DNA of 64,000 nt from Candidatus Nealsonbacteria bacterium (GCA_047456315.1 CP179889.1:256776-320775); one strand, 5' to 3'. Shown: positions 18,356 to 27,348, counted from the first letter of the stretch. The notes: generated by a model not told the origin, from the letters alone. Translations and numbers: made by a program.

Positions 18356-20123
18356 TATTAGAAACTTTGTTATTTTTAGTCACATTGACCATGGAAAATC
18401 AACTTTAGCTGATAGGTTTTTAGAAATTACTAACACTATTCCCAAAGAGAAGATGCGTTCTCGGTTTTTAGATATGATGGATTTAGAAAGAGAAAAGGGA
18501 ATCACTATTAAAATGCAGCCAGTAAGAATGAACTGGAAAGGTTATATTCTTAATTTAATAGATACACCTGGTCATGTTGATTTTAATTATGAGGTTTCCA
18601 GAAGCTTGGCAGCGGTTGAAGGAGGAATTTTACTTGTTGATGCAACAAAAGGAATTCAGGCCCAAACCCTGGCTAATTTAGACTTAGCTCAAAAACAAAA
18701 CTCAACTATCATTTCAGCTGCTAATAAAATTGATCTTGCCCATGCTCAGGTTGAAGAAACTAAAGAAGATATGTCAAAGATACTTAATATTCCTAAAGAT
18801 GAGATTCTTGCAATATCAGGAAAAAAAGGTATTAATGTCGAAAACCTTCTGCAGTCTGTTATAGATAAGATTCCTCCGCCAAAAGGAAATGAAAACAAAC
18901 CCCTAAAAGCACTAATCTTTGATTCAAAATATGATTCTTACAAAGGGGTTATTGCTTACGTTAGGTTGTTTGACGGGAAAGTGAAGGCAGGGGATAAGAT
19001 TTATTTAATTCAGGCCAAAGCCCAGACACAGGTTAAAGAAGTGGGATATTTCTCTCCAGAATTAAAAGCATGCCAACAATTAAAAGCAGGTGAAATAGGC
19101 TATATTGCTACTGGATTGAAAGAGGCAGCTGATGTTAGGGTTGGTGAAACAATTACTATTCAAAGCGCTAAAGAACTTAAACCTTTGGCTGGTTATAAGG
19201 AGCCAAAGCCAATGGTTTTTGCTTCAATTTATCCTGAAAATCCAAATGATTTTGAAATGCTTGCTGATGCTTTTAAAAAATTAAGGCTTAATGATGCATC
19301 ACTTACCTTTGAAAAAGAAAGAAAAGAGTTTTTGGGCAGAGGGTTTCGTTGCGGGTTTTTGGGAAGCTTGCATGCTGAGATAATTTGTGAAAGGTTGAAA
19401 AGAGAATTTGGCATGGATTTGATAATTTCCACCCCTTCTGTTCTTTATAAGATTATTGATAGAAAAAATAATGAAAAGATGATTTATTCAGCTGGTGATT
19501 GGCCGGAACGAGTTAAAATTCAAGAAGCCCAGGAACCCTGGATGAGGTTAGAGATAATTACCCCGGTTAATTATTTAGGTAATGTTTCTGAGCTATTAAA
19601 AAGCTCAAAAGCAGTTCAGATTGAAAATAAATATTTAAGCAATGAAAAGTTGCTTTTAATATATGAAGTTCCTTTAAGAAAGATAATTGTTGGATTTTTT
19701 GATAAGTTAAAAGGAGCTAGTCAGGGCTTTGCTTCAATGAATTATGAAATTTTAGGCTATAGGTCTGCTAATTTAGTTAAGATTGATATTTTAATCGCAG
19801 GAGAAAAAGAAGATATTTTCTCAAAGATTGTTGAGATTGATGAGGCCTATCAGGAAGGAAAAAAGATTGTTTCAAAATTAAAAGAAATCTTGCCATCCCA
19901 GCTTTTTACTGTTCCTGTTCAGGCAGCAATTTCTGGACGCATTATTGCCAGAGAAACAATAAAAGCAAGGAGAAGAGATGTAACAGCGCCTCTTTACGGA
20001 GGTGATGTGACAAGGAAAAGAAAACTGCTTGAAAGACAGAAAAAAGGAAAGAAAAAACTAAAAGCAAGGGGGCAAATCAGCATTCCTTCAAAAGTATTTT
20101 TAGAGATGTTTAAAGAGGGTTGA
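18342..20123 (+). CDS. lepA: translation elongation factor 4 (LepA)
   Basis: NFVIFSHIDHGKSTLADR, DTPGHVDF and NKIDL GTPase motifs. The ATG at 18342 lies one codon after the track's TTG start. Confidence 0.96.
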   Translation: MTMTNIRNFVIFSHIDHGKSTLADRFLEITNTIPKEKMRSRFLDMMDLEREKGITIKMQPVRMNWKGYILNLIDTPGHVDFNYEVSRSLAAVEGGILLVDATKGIQAQTLANLDLAQKQNSTIISAANKIDLAHAQVEETKEDMSKILNIPKDEILAISGKKGINVENLLQSVIDKIPPPKGNENKPLKALIFDSKYDSYKGVIAYVRLFDGKVKAGDKIYLIQAKAQTQVKEVGYFSPELKACQQLKAGEIGYIATGLKEAADVRVGETITIQSAKELKPLAGYKEPKPMVFASIYPENPNDFEMLADAFKKLRLNDASLTFEKERKEFLGRGFRCGFLGSLHAEIICERLKREFGMDLIISTPSVLYKIIDRKNNEKMIYSAGDWPERVKIQEAQEPWMRLEIITPVNYLGNVSELLKSSKAVQIENKYLSNEKLLLIYEVPLRKIIVGFFDKLKGASQGFASMNYEILGYRSANLVKIDILIAGEKEDIFSKIVEIDEAYQEGKKIVSKLKEILPSQLFTVPVQAAISGRIIARETIKARRRDVTAPLYGGDVTRKRKLLERQKKGKKKLKARGQISIPSKVFLEMFKEG

Positions 20124-20147
20124 TATTGACTTAAAGCTTTATTAGTA

Positions 20148-20252
20148 TTAAAGCAAAGGAGCAATCAGAAGCAAGACCATACTTAAAGCAACCAGGACCA
20201 CTAAAAAAATCCAGACTGCTTTAAATAATTTCTGAGATTGTTTTTTCTTCAT
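20148..20252 (-). CDS. hypothetical 34-aa single-pass membrane peptide
   Basis: The minus-strand ORF translates MKKKQSQKLFKAVWIFLVVLVALSMVLLLIAPLL*. It is below the track cut-off and supported only by its hydrophobic architecture. Confidence 0.25.
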   Translation of the reverse strand: MKKKQSQKLFKAVWIFLVVLVALSMVLLLIAPLL

Positions 20253-20268
20253 AAGTATATATTAATTT

Positions 20269-20679
20269 ATGATAGCAAAACTTAAGAAACAAAAAAAGCT
20301 TAGTTCAAAAACAGAAGATTTATTTTTCCAGATAATCTTTGTGTTTTTACTTGTGTTCTTTGTTGGATATCTGGCAGTTTCAAATTACAGAATTGCTAGA
20401 AAAAGGGGAGAGTTAAATGAAAGAATTGAGAGCTTAACAGAAGAAATCCAGACACTTGAAGCTGAAAGGCAAAGACTGGAAGCTGGTATTGTAGAAACCC
20501 AGAAAGATGTTTATTGGGAAGAAAGAGTCAGAGAACAGGGTTATGTTAAAGAGGGAGAAGAGCAGGTTGTTGTTTTAGGGCCAGAGCAGATTGAAAAAGA
20601 AGAGGTTAAAGCAGAGAATAATTTTATAGAAGAGTTGTTTGAAAAAATCAAGGAATTTTTTGAAAAAATAACTCCTTAG
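20269..20679 (+). CDS. septum formation initiator family protein (FtsB/DivIC-like)
   Basis: 136 aa with an N-terminal TM segment, then the coiled coil IESLTEEIQTLEAERQRLEAGI and WEERVREQGYVKEGE. Confidence 0.6.
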   Translation: MIAKLKKQKKLSSKTEDLFFQIIFVFLLVFFVGYLAVSNYRIARKRGELNERIESLTEEIQTLEAERQRLEAGIVETQKDVYWEERVREQGYVKEGEEQVVVLGPEQIEKEEVKAENNFIEELFEKIKEFFEKITP

Positions 20680-20685
20680 AACTGC

Positions 20686-20756
20686 GCAGGTGTAACATAA
20701 TGGCAGTGTGCTTGCTTCCCAAGCAAGTTACGCGGGTTCGATTCCCGTCACCTGCT
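20686..20756 (+). tRNA. tRNA-Gly (anticodon CCC)
   Basis: Cloverleaf folded by hand. Acceptor stem GCAGGTG/CACCTGC, anticodon arm CTTGC-TTCCCAA-GCAAG, T arm GCGGG-TTCGATT-CCCGT. Confidence 0.85.
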
Positions 20757-20764
20757 TGATATTT

Positions 20765-20837
20765 GCCAGTGTAGCTCAGTTGGTAGAGCAAGCATTTCGT
20801 AAATGCTAGGCCGTCAGTTCAATCCTGACCACTGGCT
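20765..20837 (+). tRNA. tRNA-Thr (anticodon CGT)
   Basis: Acceptor stem GCCAGTG/CACTGGC, D arm GCTC-AGTTGGTA-GAGC, anticodon arm AGCAT-TTCGTAA-ATGCT, T arm GTCAG-TTCAATC-CTGAC. Confidence 0.9.
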
Positions 20838-20886
20838 CAGATAATTTATCTTTTATTTTGACTAAATTTATGTTATTGTTTTTAAT

Positions 20887-21955
20887 ATGGAAAGCTTAAA
20901 TGACAAAGTTGAAGATTTAAAAAATAAACTCCATCAATTGATGGACTGGCTTTGACATTGAAAATAAAAGAAAGGATTTAAAAGAACTAGAAAGACAAGT
21001 TCAAGACCCAAATCTTTGGAAAAACAAGGAAAAAGCAATAAAAATTTCTCAAAAATTAAGCCAGTTAACAGAAGAATTAACTGAATTTGATGCATTAGAA
21101 AAAGAGATTGAAGATTTGAAAAACGAAACAGAAATTGAGACAATAGAAAATAAATTAAAACAAAAAGAAATAGAAGTTCTTTTTTTAGACAAATACGATA
21201 AAGGAAATGCAATTCTATCAGTTTATTCCGGGGCTGGAGGACAGGATGCTCAGGATTGGGCAACAATGCTTGTTAGAATGTATGAAAGGTATTCTGAGAA
21301 CAAGGGTTTTAAAACCAAGATTTTAGATCAGTCCTTTGGCGAGGGAGGGGGGCCTGAAGGAAGAATTGGAACAAAATCAGCTACAATAGAGATTAAGGGA
21401 AAGTTTGCTTATGGGCTTTTGAAAAAAGAAAATGGTGTTCATAGATTGGTAAGAATTTCTCCTTTTTCACAAAAAGAATTAAGACATACTTCATTTGCTT
21501 TAGTTGAAGTAATGCCTGAAATTAAAAAACTTGATGAAAAAGAGATTGAAGTTAAGCCAGAGAATTTAAAGATTGAGGTTTTCAAGGCATCAGGTCCAGG
21601 AGGCCAGTATGTTAACAAACGTGAAACTGCTGTTAGGGTAAAGCATTTGCCAACAGGAATTATTGCTTCGTGCCAGTCAGAGCGCTCACAGGCCAGTAAT
21701 AAAAAAAGAGCAATAGAGCTTCTTTATTCCCGTTTATATAAATTTTACAAAGAAAGTAAAAAAAAGGAGATTTCCAAAATTAAAGGAGAGAAGAAATCTG
21801 TTAGCTGGGGCAATCAGATAAGAAGCTATGTTCTTCATCCTTACAAACTGGTAAAGGATTTAAGAACTAAGATAGAGACCGCTAGTGTAGAAAAAGTTTT
21901 AAATGGTGATTTAGATAATTTTATTGAAGCAGAAATTCGTTTAAAAAATGATTAA
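20887..21955 (+). CDS. prfB: peptide chain release factor 2, expressed via programmed +1 frameshift
   Basis: ORF0 runs from ATG 20887 to CTT TGA (20950-20955). The +1 frame starting at GAC 20954 is open and continuous with track ORF 21116..21955. The product has SPF (RISPFS) and GGQ (SGPGGQ) motifs. Confidence 0.92.
20947..20956 (+). promoter_or_regulatory. RF2 autoregulatory frameshift site TGG CTT TGA C
   Basis: This is the classical CTT TGA C slippery/stop context. The in-frame TGA is at 20953-20955. Confidence 0.85.
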
Positions 21956-22643
21956 GTTTCAAAACATTACAAAAATCTATCCTTCCCATCCTGGTTTTAA
22001 ACCCACAATAGCTTTGGCCGATGTTTCATTTGAGGTGAAGCCAAAGGAATTTGTTTCAATTGTGGGAAAATCAGGGGCTGGGAAAACAACATTACTTAAG
22101 CTTCTTTTAGCTGAGGAAAAACCAACAAAAGGAACAGTTTTTTTTAAGGAACAGGATGTTCACAGAATAGAGCCAGAAGATCTGCCTTATTTAAGAAGAA
22201 AGATTGGAGCAGTGTTTCAGGATTATAAGCTGCTGGCCTCAAAAACCACTTATGAAAATGTTGCCTATATTATGGAAGTTATTGGTGCTTCAGATAAAGA
22301 GATTAAAAAAGCTGTACCAATCATTCTAGAAATAGTTGGCTTAGAGGATAGAGCCGGCAATTTTCCTGCTCAGTTATCAGGAGGAGAACGCCAAAGAGCA
22401 GCTATTGCCAGAGCTTTAATTCACAGGCCTAAAGTAATTTTAGCTGATGAGCCAACTGGAAACCTGGATCCATATCATACCTTGGATATAATAGAACTGC
22501 TGCTTAAGATAAACAGAATGGGAACCACTGTTATTTTATCCACTCATGATAAGGAAACAATCAATAAACTGGGCAAAAGAGTGATTACCCTGGAAAATGG
22601 TAAAATAGTAAGAGATGAAAAAAAAGGAAGGTTTATCCTTTAA
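21948..22643 (+). CDS. ftsE: cell division ATP-binding protein FtsE
   Basis: GKSGAGKTT, LSGGERQR and LADEPTGNLD motifs. It directly precedes the ftsX-like permease gene. Confidence 0.9.
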   Translation: MIKFQNITKIYPSHPGFKPTIALADVSFEVKPKEFVSIVGKSGAGKTTLLKLLLAEEKPTKGTVFFKEQDVHRIEPEDLPYLRRKIGAVFQDYKLLASKTTYENVAYIMEVIGASDKEIKKAVPIILEIVGLEDRAGNFPAQLSGGERQRAAIARALIHRPKVILADEPTGNLDPYHTLDIIELLLKINRMGTTVILSTHDKETINKLGKRVITLENGKIVRDEKKGRFIL

Positions 22644-22653
22644 TCGTTAATTT

Positions 22654-23565
22654 ATGTTTATTATAACAACCAAAAGAATATTTCGTTCTGGCTGGCAGAT
22701 ATTTTCTCGGGACAAAGAGGTTTCTTTAGCTACGGTTTTTATTCTGTTTTTAACAATCTGTTTAGTGACTTCACTTTTTCTTTTTACAAATCTGACAAAC
22801 TTTATTATTACAAGCACTCAAGAGAAAATTGATATTTCAGTTTATTTTAAACAAGAAGTAGATGAAGATGATATATTAGGTATTAGAAAAGAAATATCCA
22901 GGTTCCCTGAAGTAAAAGAAGTAGAATATGTTTCTCCTGACCAGGCTTTGGCAGAGTTTCTTGAAAGGCATGAAAAAGACCCTACCTTAATAGAATCAGT
23001 TGAAGAGATTGGAAGAAATCCTTTTTTAGCTTCTTTAAGTATCAGGGCCTGGGATCCCAGCCAGTATGGAATAGTATCCAGTTTTTTGGAAACAGCTGAT
23101 TTCGGTGATCTCATTGAAAAGATTGATTTTTATGAACGTAAATCAATTATTGAGAAAATCTCTGCTTTGAGCTCTTCAGCTACTAAAATAGGGGTTTTTG
23201 TTTCTGTGGCTTTAATAATCACCGCAGTTTTAGTTGCTTTTAATACTATCAGGTTATCTATTTATAATTCTAGTCAGGAGATAAAGATTCAGAGGCTGGT
23301 TGGCGCTTCTAACTGGTCAATCAGGGGCCCATTCTTGGTTCAGGGCGCTATTTCTGGCATAGTTGCCACTTTAATTTGCTTTTTGCTTTTTGCTTTGTTA
23401 AGCTGGTCTTTGAATTCTAATTTAGAAAGTTTTTTGTACGGATTTAATTTGTTTTCAGTGTTTAGAAATAACTTCTGGACTTTACTCTTTTTGCAGCTGC
23501 TTACTGGAGTTAGCTTAGGAACACTCTCAAGCAGTATTGCAATTAAACGCTATCTTAAGGTCTAA
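22654..23565 (+). CDS. ftsX: cell division permease-like protein FtsX
   Basis: 303 aa with one N-terminal TM segment, a periplasmic domain and 3 C-terminal TM segments. Includes the RLVGASNWSIRGPF motif. Confidence 0.85.
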   Translation: MFIITTKRIFRSGWQIFSRDKEVSLATVFILFLTICLVTSLFLFTNLTNFIITSTQEKIDISVYFKQEVDEDDILGIRKEISRFPEVKEVEYVSPDQALAEFLERHEKDPTLIESVEEIGRNPFLASLSIRAWDPSQYGIVSSFLETADFGDLIEKIDFYERKSIIEKISALSSSATKIGVFVSVALIITAVLVAFNTIRLSIYNSSQEIKIQRLVGASNWSIRGPFLVQGAISGIVATLICFLLFALLSWSLNSNLESFLYGFNLFSVFRNNFWTLLFLQLLTGVSLGTLSSSIAIKRYLKV

Positions 23566-23568
23566 TAT

Positions 23569-23639
23569 TGCGGGGTCGGCTAATGGTAGGCCCGACGCCT
23601 CTGAAGCGTCTAATCTTGGTTCGAATCCAAGCCCCGCAA
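23569..23639 (+). tRNA. tRNA-Gln (anticodon CTG)
   Basis: Has a U1-A72 pair like other bacterial tRNA-Gln. Acceptor stem TGCGGGG/CCCCGCA, anticodon arm GACGC-CTCTGAA-GCGTC, T arm CTTGG-TTCGAAT-CCAAG. Confidence 0.85.
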
Positions 23640-23694
23640 CAATATTAAGCACGGTTCGAGGAACCGAAACGCCTCGGGTTCGAATCCTACCGTC

Positions 23695-23756
23695 GGAGCA
23701 GGCTAGTGCTCGGTTCGAGTGACCGAGCAGCATTAAACTCGATTTATCGGGTTTTT
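23695..23756 (+). repeat. copy A of the GGAGCAGGCTAGTG-hairpin-ACCGAG module (candidate small RNA or att-type repeat) with terminator-like 3' end
   Basis: GGAGCAGGCTAGTG, then the hairpin CTCGG-TTCGAGTGA-CCGAG, then CTCGATTTATCGGGTTTTT. Confidence 0.6.
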
Positions 23757-23867
23757 AATTTGAGAAGAATTATTCAAAGAAGGTCTTTACCCTGACTTGA
23801 ATTTTACTGAAAATTAGTCTATTTTGAGAAAAAGGAATACTTTTTTGAAAAAGATAGCAAAATTTCT

Positions 23868-23890
23868 ATTCCGCTTTGCGGAATCTTTTT
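23868..23890 (+). terminator. intrinsic terminator-like hairpin in the island leader region
   Basis: ATTCCGC-TTT-GCGGAAT followed by CTTTTT. The core CCGCTTTGCGG recurs at 29144-29154. Confidence 0.45.
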
Positions 23891-23921
23891 ACATTAATAA
23901 GTCCATTTATATGCTAATTAT

Positions 23922-23956
23922 AGTATGTAGACCTAAAGTTAGCAAGTCGCTATACT
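23922..23956 (+). promoter_or_regulatory. candidate C-box operator upstream of the controller gene
   Basis: Inverted repeat AGTATgtaGAC (23922-23932) / GTCgctATACT (23946-23956), ending 10 nt before the C-protein start codon. Confidence 0.35.
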
Positions 23957-23965
23957 GAAAATGAT

Positions 23966-24181
23966 ATGAAAAAAGATGTCTTAGTTAAATTTGGTAAAAA
24001 AGTACGTAAGTATCGTACCAAGTTGGGTTTATCTCAAGAAGGGTTGGCTTCTAAGGCAGGAGTTCATCGTACCTACATTGGAATGATAGAAAGAGGAGAA
24101 AAAAATATAACATTAATGAATATTAAAAAAATTGCCAATGCTTTAAATCTGAAAATTAATCAATTATTAAGCAATTTTTAA
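23966..24181 (+). CDS. XRE-family HTH controller (C) protein of the R-M system
   Basis: 71 aa with LGLSQEGLASKAGVHRTYIGMIERGEKNITLMNIKKIA. It ends 3 nt before the endonuclease gene. Confidence 0.75.
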   Translation: MKKDVLVKFGKKVRKYRTKLGLSQEGLASKAGVHRTYIGMIERGEKNITLMNIKKIANALNLKINQLLSNF

Positions 24182-24184
24182 GTT

Positions 24185-24883
24185 ATGGATATTAAAAGTT
24201 TCGAAGAGAATATTATCAAAGAATTTGCTAAAGTAATCTTGAAGATAATAAAAAATTATCCAAAATTAAATATTTCTGCTAAAGCAAGGGCTGGTGCTGA
24301 GATTAGCGATTTTCTTGAAGAGAAATTTGTTGAATATAGTAGTAAAAATAAGCTATTTAAAGATTCCGAAGCATCGCCAAAAGGAGCGACGAAAAATCCT
24401 TGGGATGCTAAAACAAATTTTTGTTTCAAAAATCACGAGGAAATTATTTGGATTGATTTTAAGGTATTAAAAACATCGGGAAAAGATAGTAATCCAGATA
24501 TTGGATCTCCAAATAAAATAATAAAATTTATTAAAGAGGGAAATTTTTATTTATTATATGTTTATGTTTTTTACAAAGAAATTGAAAAAGGTTTGAAGTT
24601 TGTGAAAGTGAATGGGAGTTATACTAAATTATATTTTTTAAAAGATATCAACCGCACTTTTAGAAGGAATCCCAAAAATCAATTACAGGTTAATATGTCT
24701 GCACCTCCAGAGTATAGAACTAGAAAAAATTTTATTAAACTTTTAAGTCAGAAATTAAAAGAATCTCATGAGCGTCAGATAAAAATTTCTAAAAAAGTTC
24801 TCCAAAAATTGTCGGCTGAAGAAAAAGCTTTATTAAAAGTAAATAAAAAATCAGAAGCTAGGATTTTAAAAAATTTGCGATAG
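24185..24883 (+). CDS. putative type II restriction endonuclease
   Basis: 232 aa, located between the C protein and a convergent methyltransferase. It has a PD-(D/E)xK-like pattern (PWDAK ... IWIDFKVLK). There is no family-level match by eye. Confidence 0.5.
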   Translation: MDIKSFEENIIKEFAKVILKIIKNYPKLNISAKARAGAEISDFLEEKFVEYSSKNKLFKDSEASPKGATKNPWDAKTNFCFKNHEEIIWIDFKVLKTSGKDSNPDIGSPNKIIKFIKEGNFYLLYVYVFYKEIEKGLKFVKVNGSYTKLYFLKDINRTFRRNPKNQLQVNMSAPPEYRTRKNFIKLLSQKLKESHERQIKISKKVLQKLSAEEKALLKVNKKSEARILKNLR

Positions 24884-26576
24884 ATTTTTTTATATACTCT
24901 GTTTCTTCAAGCGAGAAATTATAAAAACGATATGTGGCTTGATTGATTTTATTCTCAAGCTCTTTTTTATTGCGATCACTATTATATATTTGACTTACAA
25001 GTTTACTTATTTTTTTTATAAATACAGCATCTTGTGGAACAGGAATAGAATATAAGTCGGAAATTTTTATCTGCGGTTGTTTTCCCTTTCTGTATCGTAT
25101 TATCTCCATTTTTTGAGCATAGAATGTTATTAATTCAGAATTAAAATAACCACATAAAAATTTAAGATACTCTCTTGTTTCTTCGTCATCCTTTCTTAAA
25201 GAAAACACATATAAACTATTGTTTGCAGCACTTAAGTTTTCATCGTAAGAGGTGATTATCTCTTTGGCAGATTGACGAATAAATATTTTAGGGTTGTTAT
25301 ATACTAAAAAATCACCCAAGCCTATCCTTTTTTTATTTTTAATACCTTTCTTTGTTAATTCTATTCTTAATTCATTATTTATTTTGTTTTGGAGCGTTTT
25401 ATCATAACGGAAAAACTTATTACTAGAAAGATTGCAGTATTTCTTATAAAGAGCTTTTGATCCTTGATAGTATTTGTAATAATTACACTTTTTATTTTCA
25501 ACAATTTCTGAATTTATAAATTTATCTTCCATATTAAGCAACATAGCACATGTTCTTAATGCTTTTTTAGGGTATTGATTTTTGAGAGTTTGTGGGGCTT
25601 TTTTAGTAATTTTTTTTAGAACATCGTTTGTAGTATCGGAAAAACTGAGTCTAAATTTATATTCGTCATTTTTATTATACCAATCTTTTTGGTTGATCCT
25701 GTGAGTTTCTTTACCAAAGAAATTTCTTACTATGACATTGTGATTGAAATTTTCGCTATTTTTTTGGAGTTTAATTATTAATTGACCGCTTGCGACTCCA
25801 TCAAAATTAGAGATATTATCTTCTATTGCAATAATTTTTGTTTTTTCTAATAAATATTTACGAGTATATTTATAAGCTGTTTCAAAGAAAGAAATATCAA
25901 TTATATAAGAGAGCTTTCCATCTTTTTTTAAAAAATCTAATCCATTTTCAAGAAAAAGCATAATATAATTAATTTTTCCGTTTTTAACAGCCTGAGGAAA
26001 TTGTTTATATTGACTAAGATAATTTATTCTTTGTTGCTCATTTTTTTTTCTATCTCTTCGTCCGTATAATGTTACGTATGGTGGATTTCCAACTATATAA
26101 TCAATATTTCCTAATAAATTTTCCAAGTTTTTATTTTTTATTTCGTCAAATAAAGAAAAATTATTTTTAACTTTTTCTGTGAAATCATAAACAAAACCAT
26201 TAAATTTACCTTGATATTTTTCATTAAACAAATTCTCATATAGAGCGCAAATATTTTTTTTTGTCGTGTCTATCATTACAGGATCAATATCTACAAAATA
26301 GAGACCATTTTCAATAAATTTTCTTATTTTTTCTTTTTCAGGACAGTGTTGATAAGCTCTTTCAATTATTCTTAATAAAAAAATACCATTTCCGCTAGCT
26401 GGTTCAAGAACTTTTTTACCAATAACGCTATTGTTAAATTCAATGGCATCTAAAATAGAATCAATAATTTTTAATTCATTAGTAAAAAAGATGCCATTAT
26501 CCTTTTTTTTCTGGTGTGTCAATTGAGCTTGGTTATTTATCTGATGTGTTATTGTTTCGGCTATTATTTGATTCAT
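24858..26576 (-). CDS. N6-adenine DNA methyltransferase (Eco57I/TaqI-like gamma class with C-terminal target-recognition domain)
   Basis: Motif I VLEPASGNGIF, motif IV VGNPPYV, and a C-terminal tail ending INQATYRFYNFSLEETEYIKK. The 3' end overlaps the REase 3' end by 26 nt. Confidence 0.85.
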   Translation of the reverse strand: MNQIIAETITHQINNQAQLTHQKKKDNGIFFTNELKIIDSILDAIEFNNSVIGKKVLEPASGNGIFLLRIIERAYQHCPEKEKIRKFIENGLYFVDIDPVMIDTTKKNICALYENLFNEKYQGKFNGFVYDFTEKVKNNFSLFDEIKNKNLENLLGNIDYIVGNPPYVTLYGRRDRKKNEQQRINYLSQYKQFPQAVKNGKINYIMLFLENGLDFLKKDGKLSYIIDISFFETAYKYTRKYLLEKTKIIAIEDNISNFDGVASGQLIIKLQKNSENFNHNVIVRNFFGKETHRINQKDWYNKNDEYKFRLSFSDTTNDVLKKITKKAPQTLKNQYPKKALRTCAMLLNMEDKFINSEIVENKKCNYYKYYQGSKALYKKYCNLSSNKFFRYDKTLQNKINNELRIELTKKGIKNKKRIGLGDFLVYNNPKIFIRQSAKEIITSYDENLSAANNSLYVFSLRKDDEETREYLKFLCGYFNSELITFYAQKMEIIRYRKGKQPQIKISDLYSIPVPQDAVFIKKISKLVSQIYNSDRNKKELENKINQATYRFYNFSLEETEYIKKSIANFLKS

Positions 26577-26634
26577 AATAAATTATTTTTTTGAACAGTA
26601 AATTTTTTATTTTGCATATATGATAATATTGCCG

Positions 26635-27258
26635 TTATTGAAATTTTGCAGTAATTACGCTCTTTACTTCTCCTTCAATTCTAAAATCATCTTTTGCTAA
26701 AAAAGGGGGATATTTTGAGTTTAAAGATATGAGGATATATCTTTTTTTATTTTTATCTTTCTCTACTCTGATTTTTTTAATTAAAACTTCTCCATCATTG
26801 ATGCAGACAACAATACTATTATTATCAGGGCTGTTATTCTTTTTCACAATTATAAAATCACCTCCATTTATTTTAGGAATCATGGAGTCTCCCTTAGCTT
26901 TTATCATAAATGCCTCCGAAGAAGGAAAAGTCAACAATTTAGTTGATATAGCTATTCGATCAATCGGATTTCCATCTAATATAGATCCACTTGGACCACA
27001 ATGAGCGAGACCATATAGGTTTAGATAGGTAATCTTTTTTTCTGGCGCATCTTTAAGTACTTGGTAGTCTCGAGGATTATAGGGATTTCTCTTTAGATAC
27101 CCCTTTTTTTCTAGTTGTTCTAAATGATGAGCAACTACACTGGGAGAAGATATATCCAAAATGTTTTGCATTGCTCTAATCGTTAGAGGATCATCGCTGT
27201 TTTTGATGAGAATGTTTAAAAGTTTTTTTTGAGTTGGGTGAAGATTTTTTCTTTTCAT
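26635..27258 (-). CDS. lexA: LexA-type repressor (winged-helix plus S24 peptidase)
   Basis: N-terminal LHPTQKKLLNILIK...SPSVVAHHLEQLEKKGYLKRN (LexA DNA-binding domain). C-terminal AKGDSMIPKINGGDFIIV and LIKKI supply the Ser/Lys dyad. Confidence 0.75.
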   Translation of the reverse strand: MKRKNLHPTQKKLLNILIKNSDDPLTIRAMQNILDISSPSVVAHHLEQLEKKGYLKRNPYNPRDYQVLKDAPEKKITYLNLYGLAHCGPSGSILDGNPIDRIAISTKLLTFPSSEAFMIKAKGDSMIPKINGGDFIIVKKNNSPDNNSIVVCINDGEVLIKKIRVEKDKNKKRYILISLNSKYPPFLAKDDFRIEGEVKSVITAKFQ

Positions 27259-27316
27259 GGTTTTCCACAGTTGACTATCTTTTATTATATTCTAATATAA
27301 GCAAGAGAGCGAGTCA

Positions 27317-27348
27317 AGAACAGATTGCTTTGTTCTACTTTTTGTTCT
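27317..27348. promoter_or_regulatory. candidate LexA operator in the lexA/HNH divergent region
   Basis: Palindrome AGAACA (27317-27322), 8 nt, TGTTCT (27331-27336), plus a third TGTTCT half-site at 27343-27348. Confidence 0.3.

Noticed and set aside
20934-21266. 110-aa minus-strand ORF
   Set aside because: It is antisense to the N-terminal part of prfB, whose +1 frame is continuous and encodes typical RF2 sequence.
23527-23733. Two overlapping ORFs (68 aa minus, 61 aa plus) across the ftsX 3' end, tRNA-Gln and repeat copy A
   Set aside because: They span a well-folding tRNA and structured repeat sequence. Their openness comes from locally higher GC, not from coding.
23640-23760. Possible second tRNA, tmRNA 3' domain or tRNA with intron after tRNA-Gln
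   Set aside because: Three GGTTCGA T-loop-like motifs are present. I could not pair any T-stem (for example TCGGG versus CCTAC) or find a matching acceptor 5' strand. It is kept only as a finding about tRNA-like scars.
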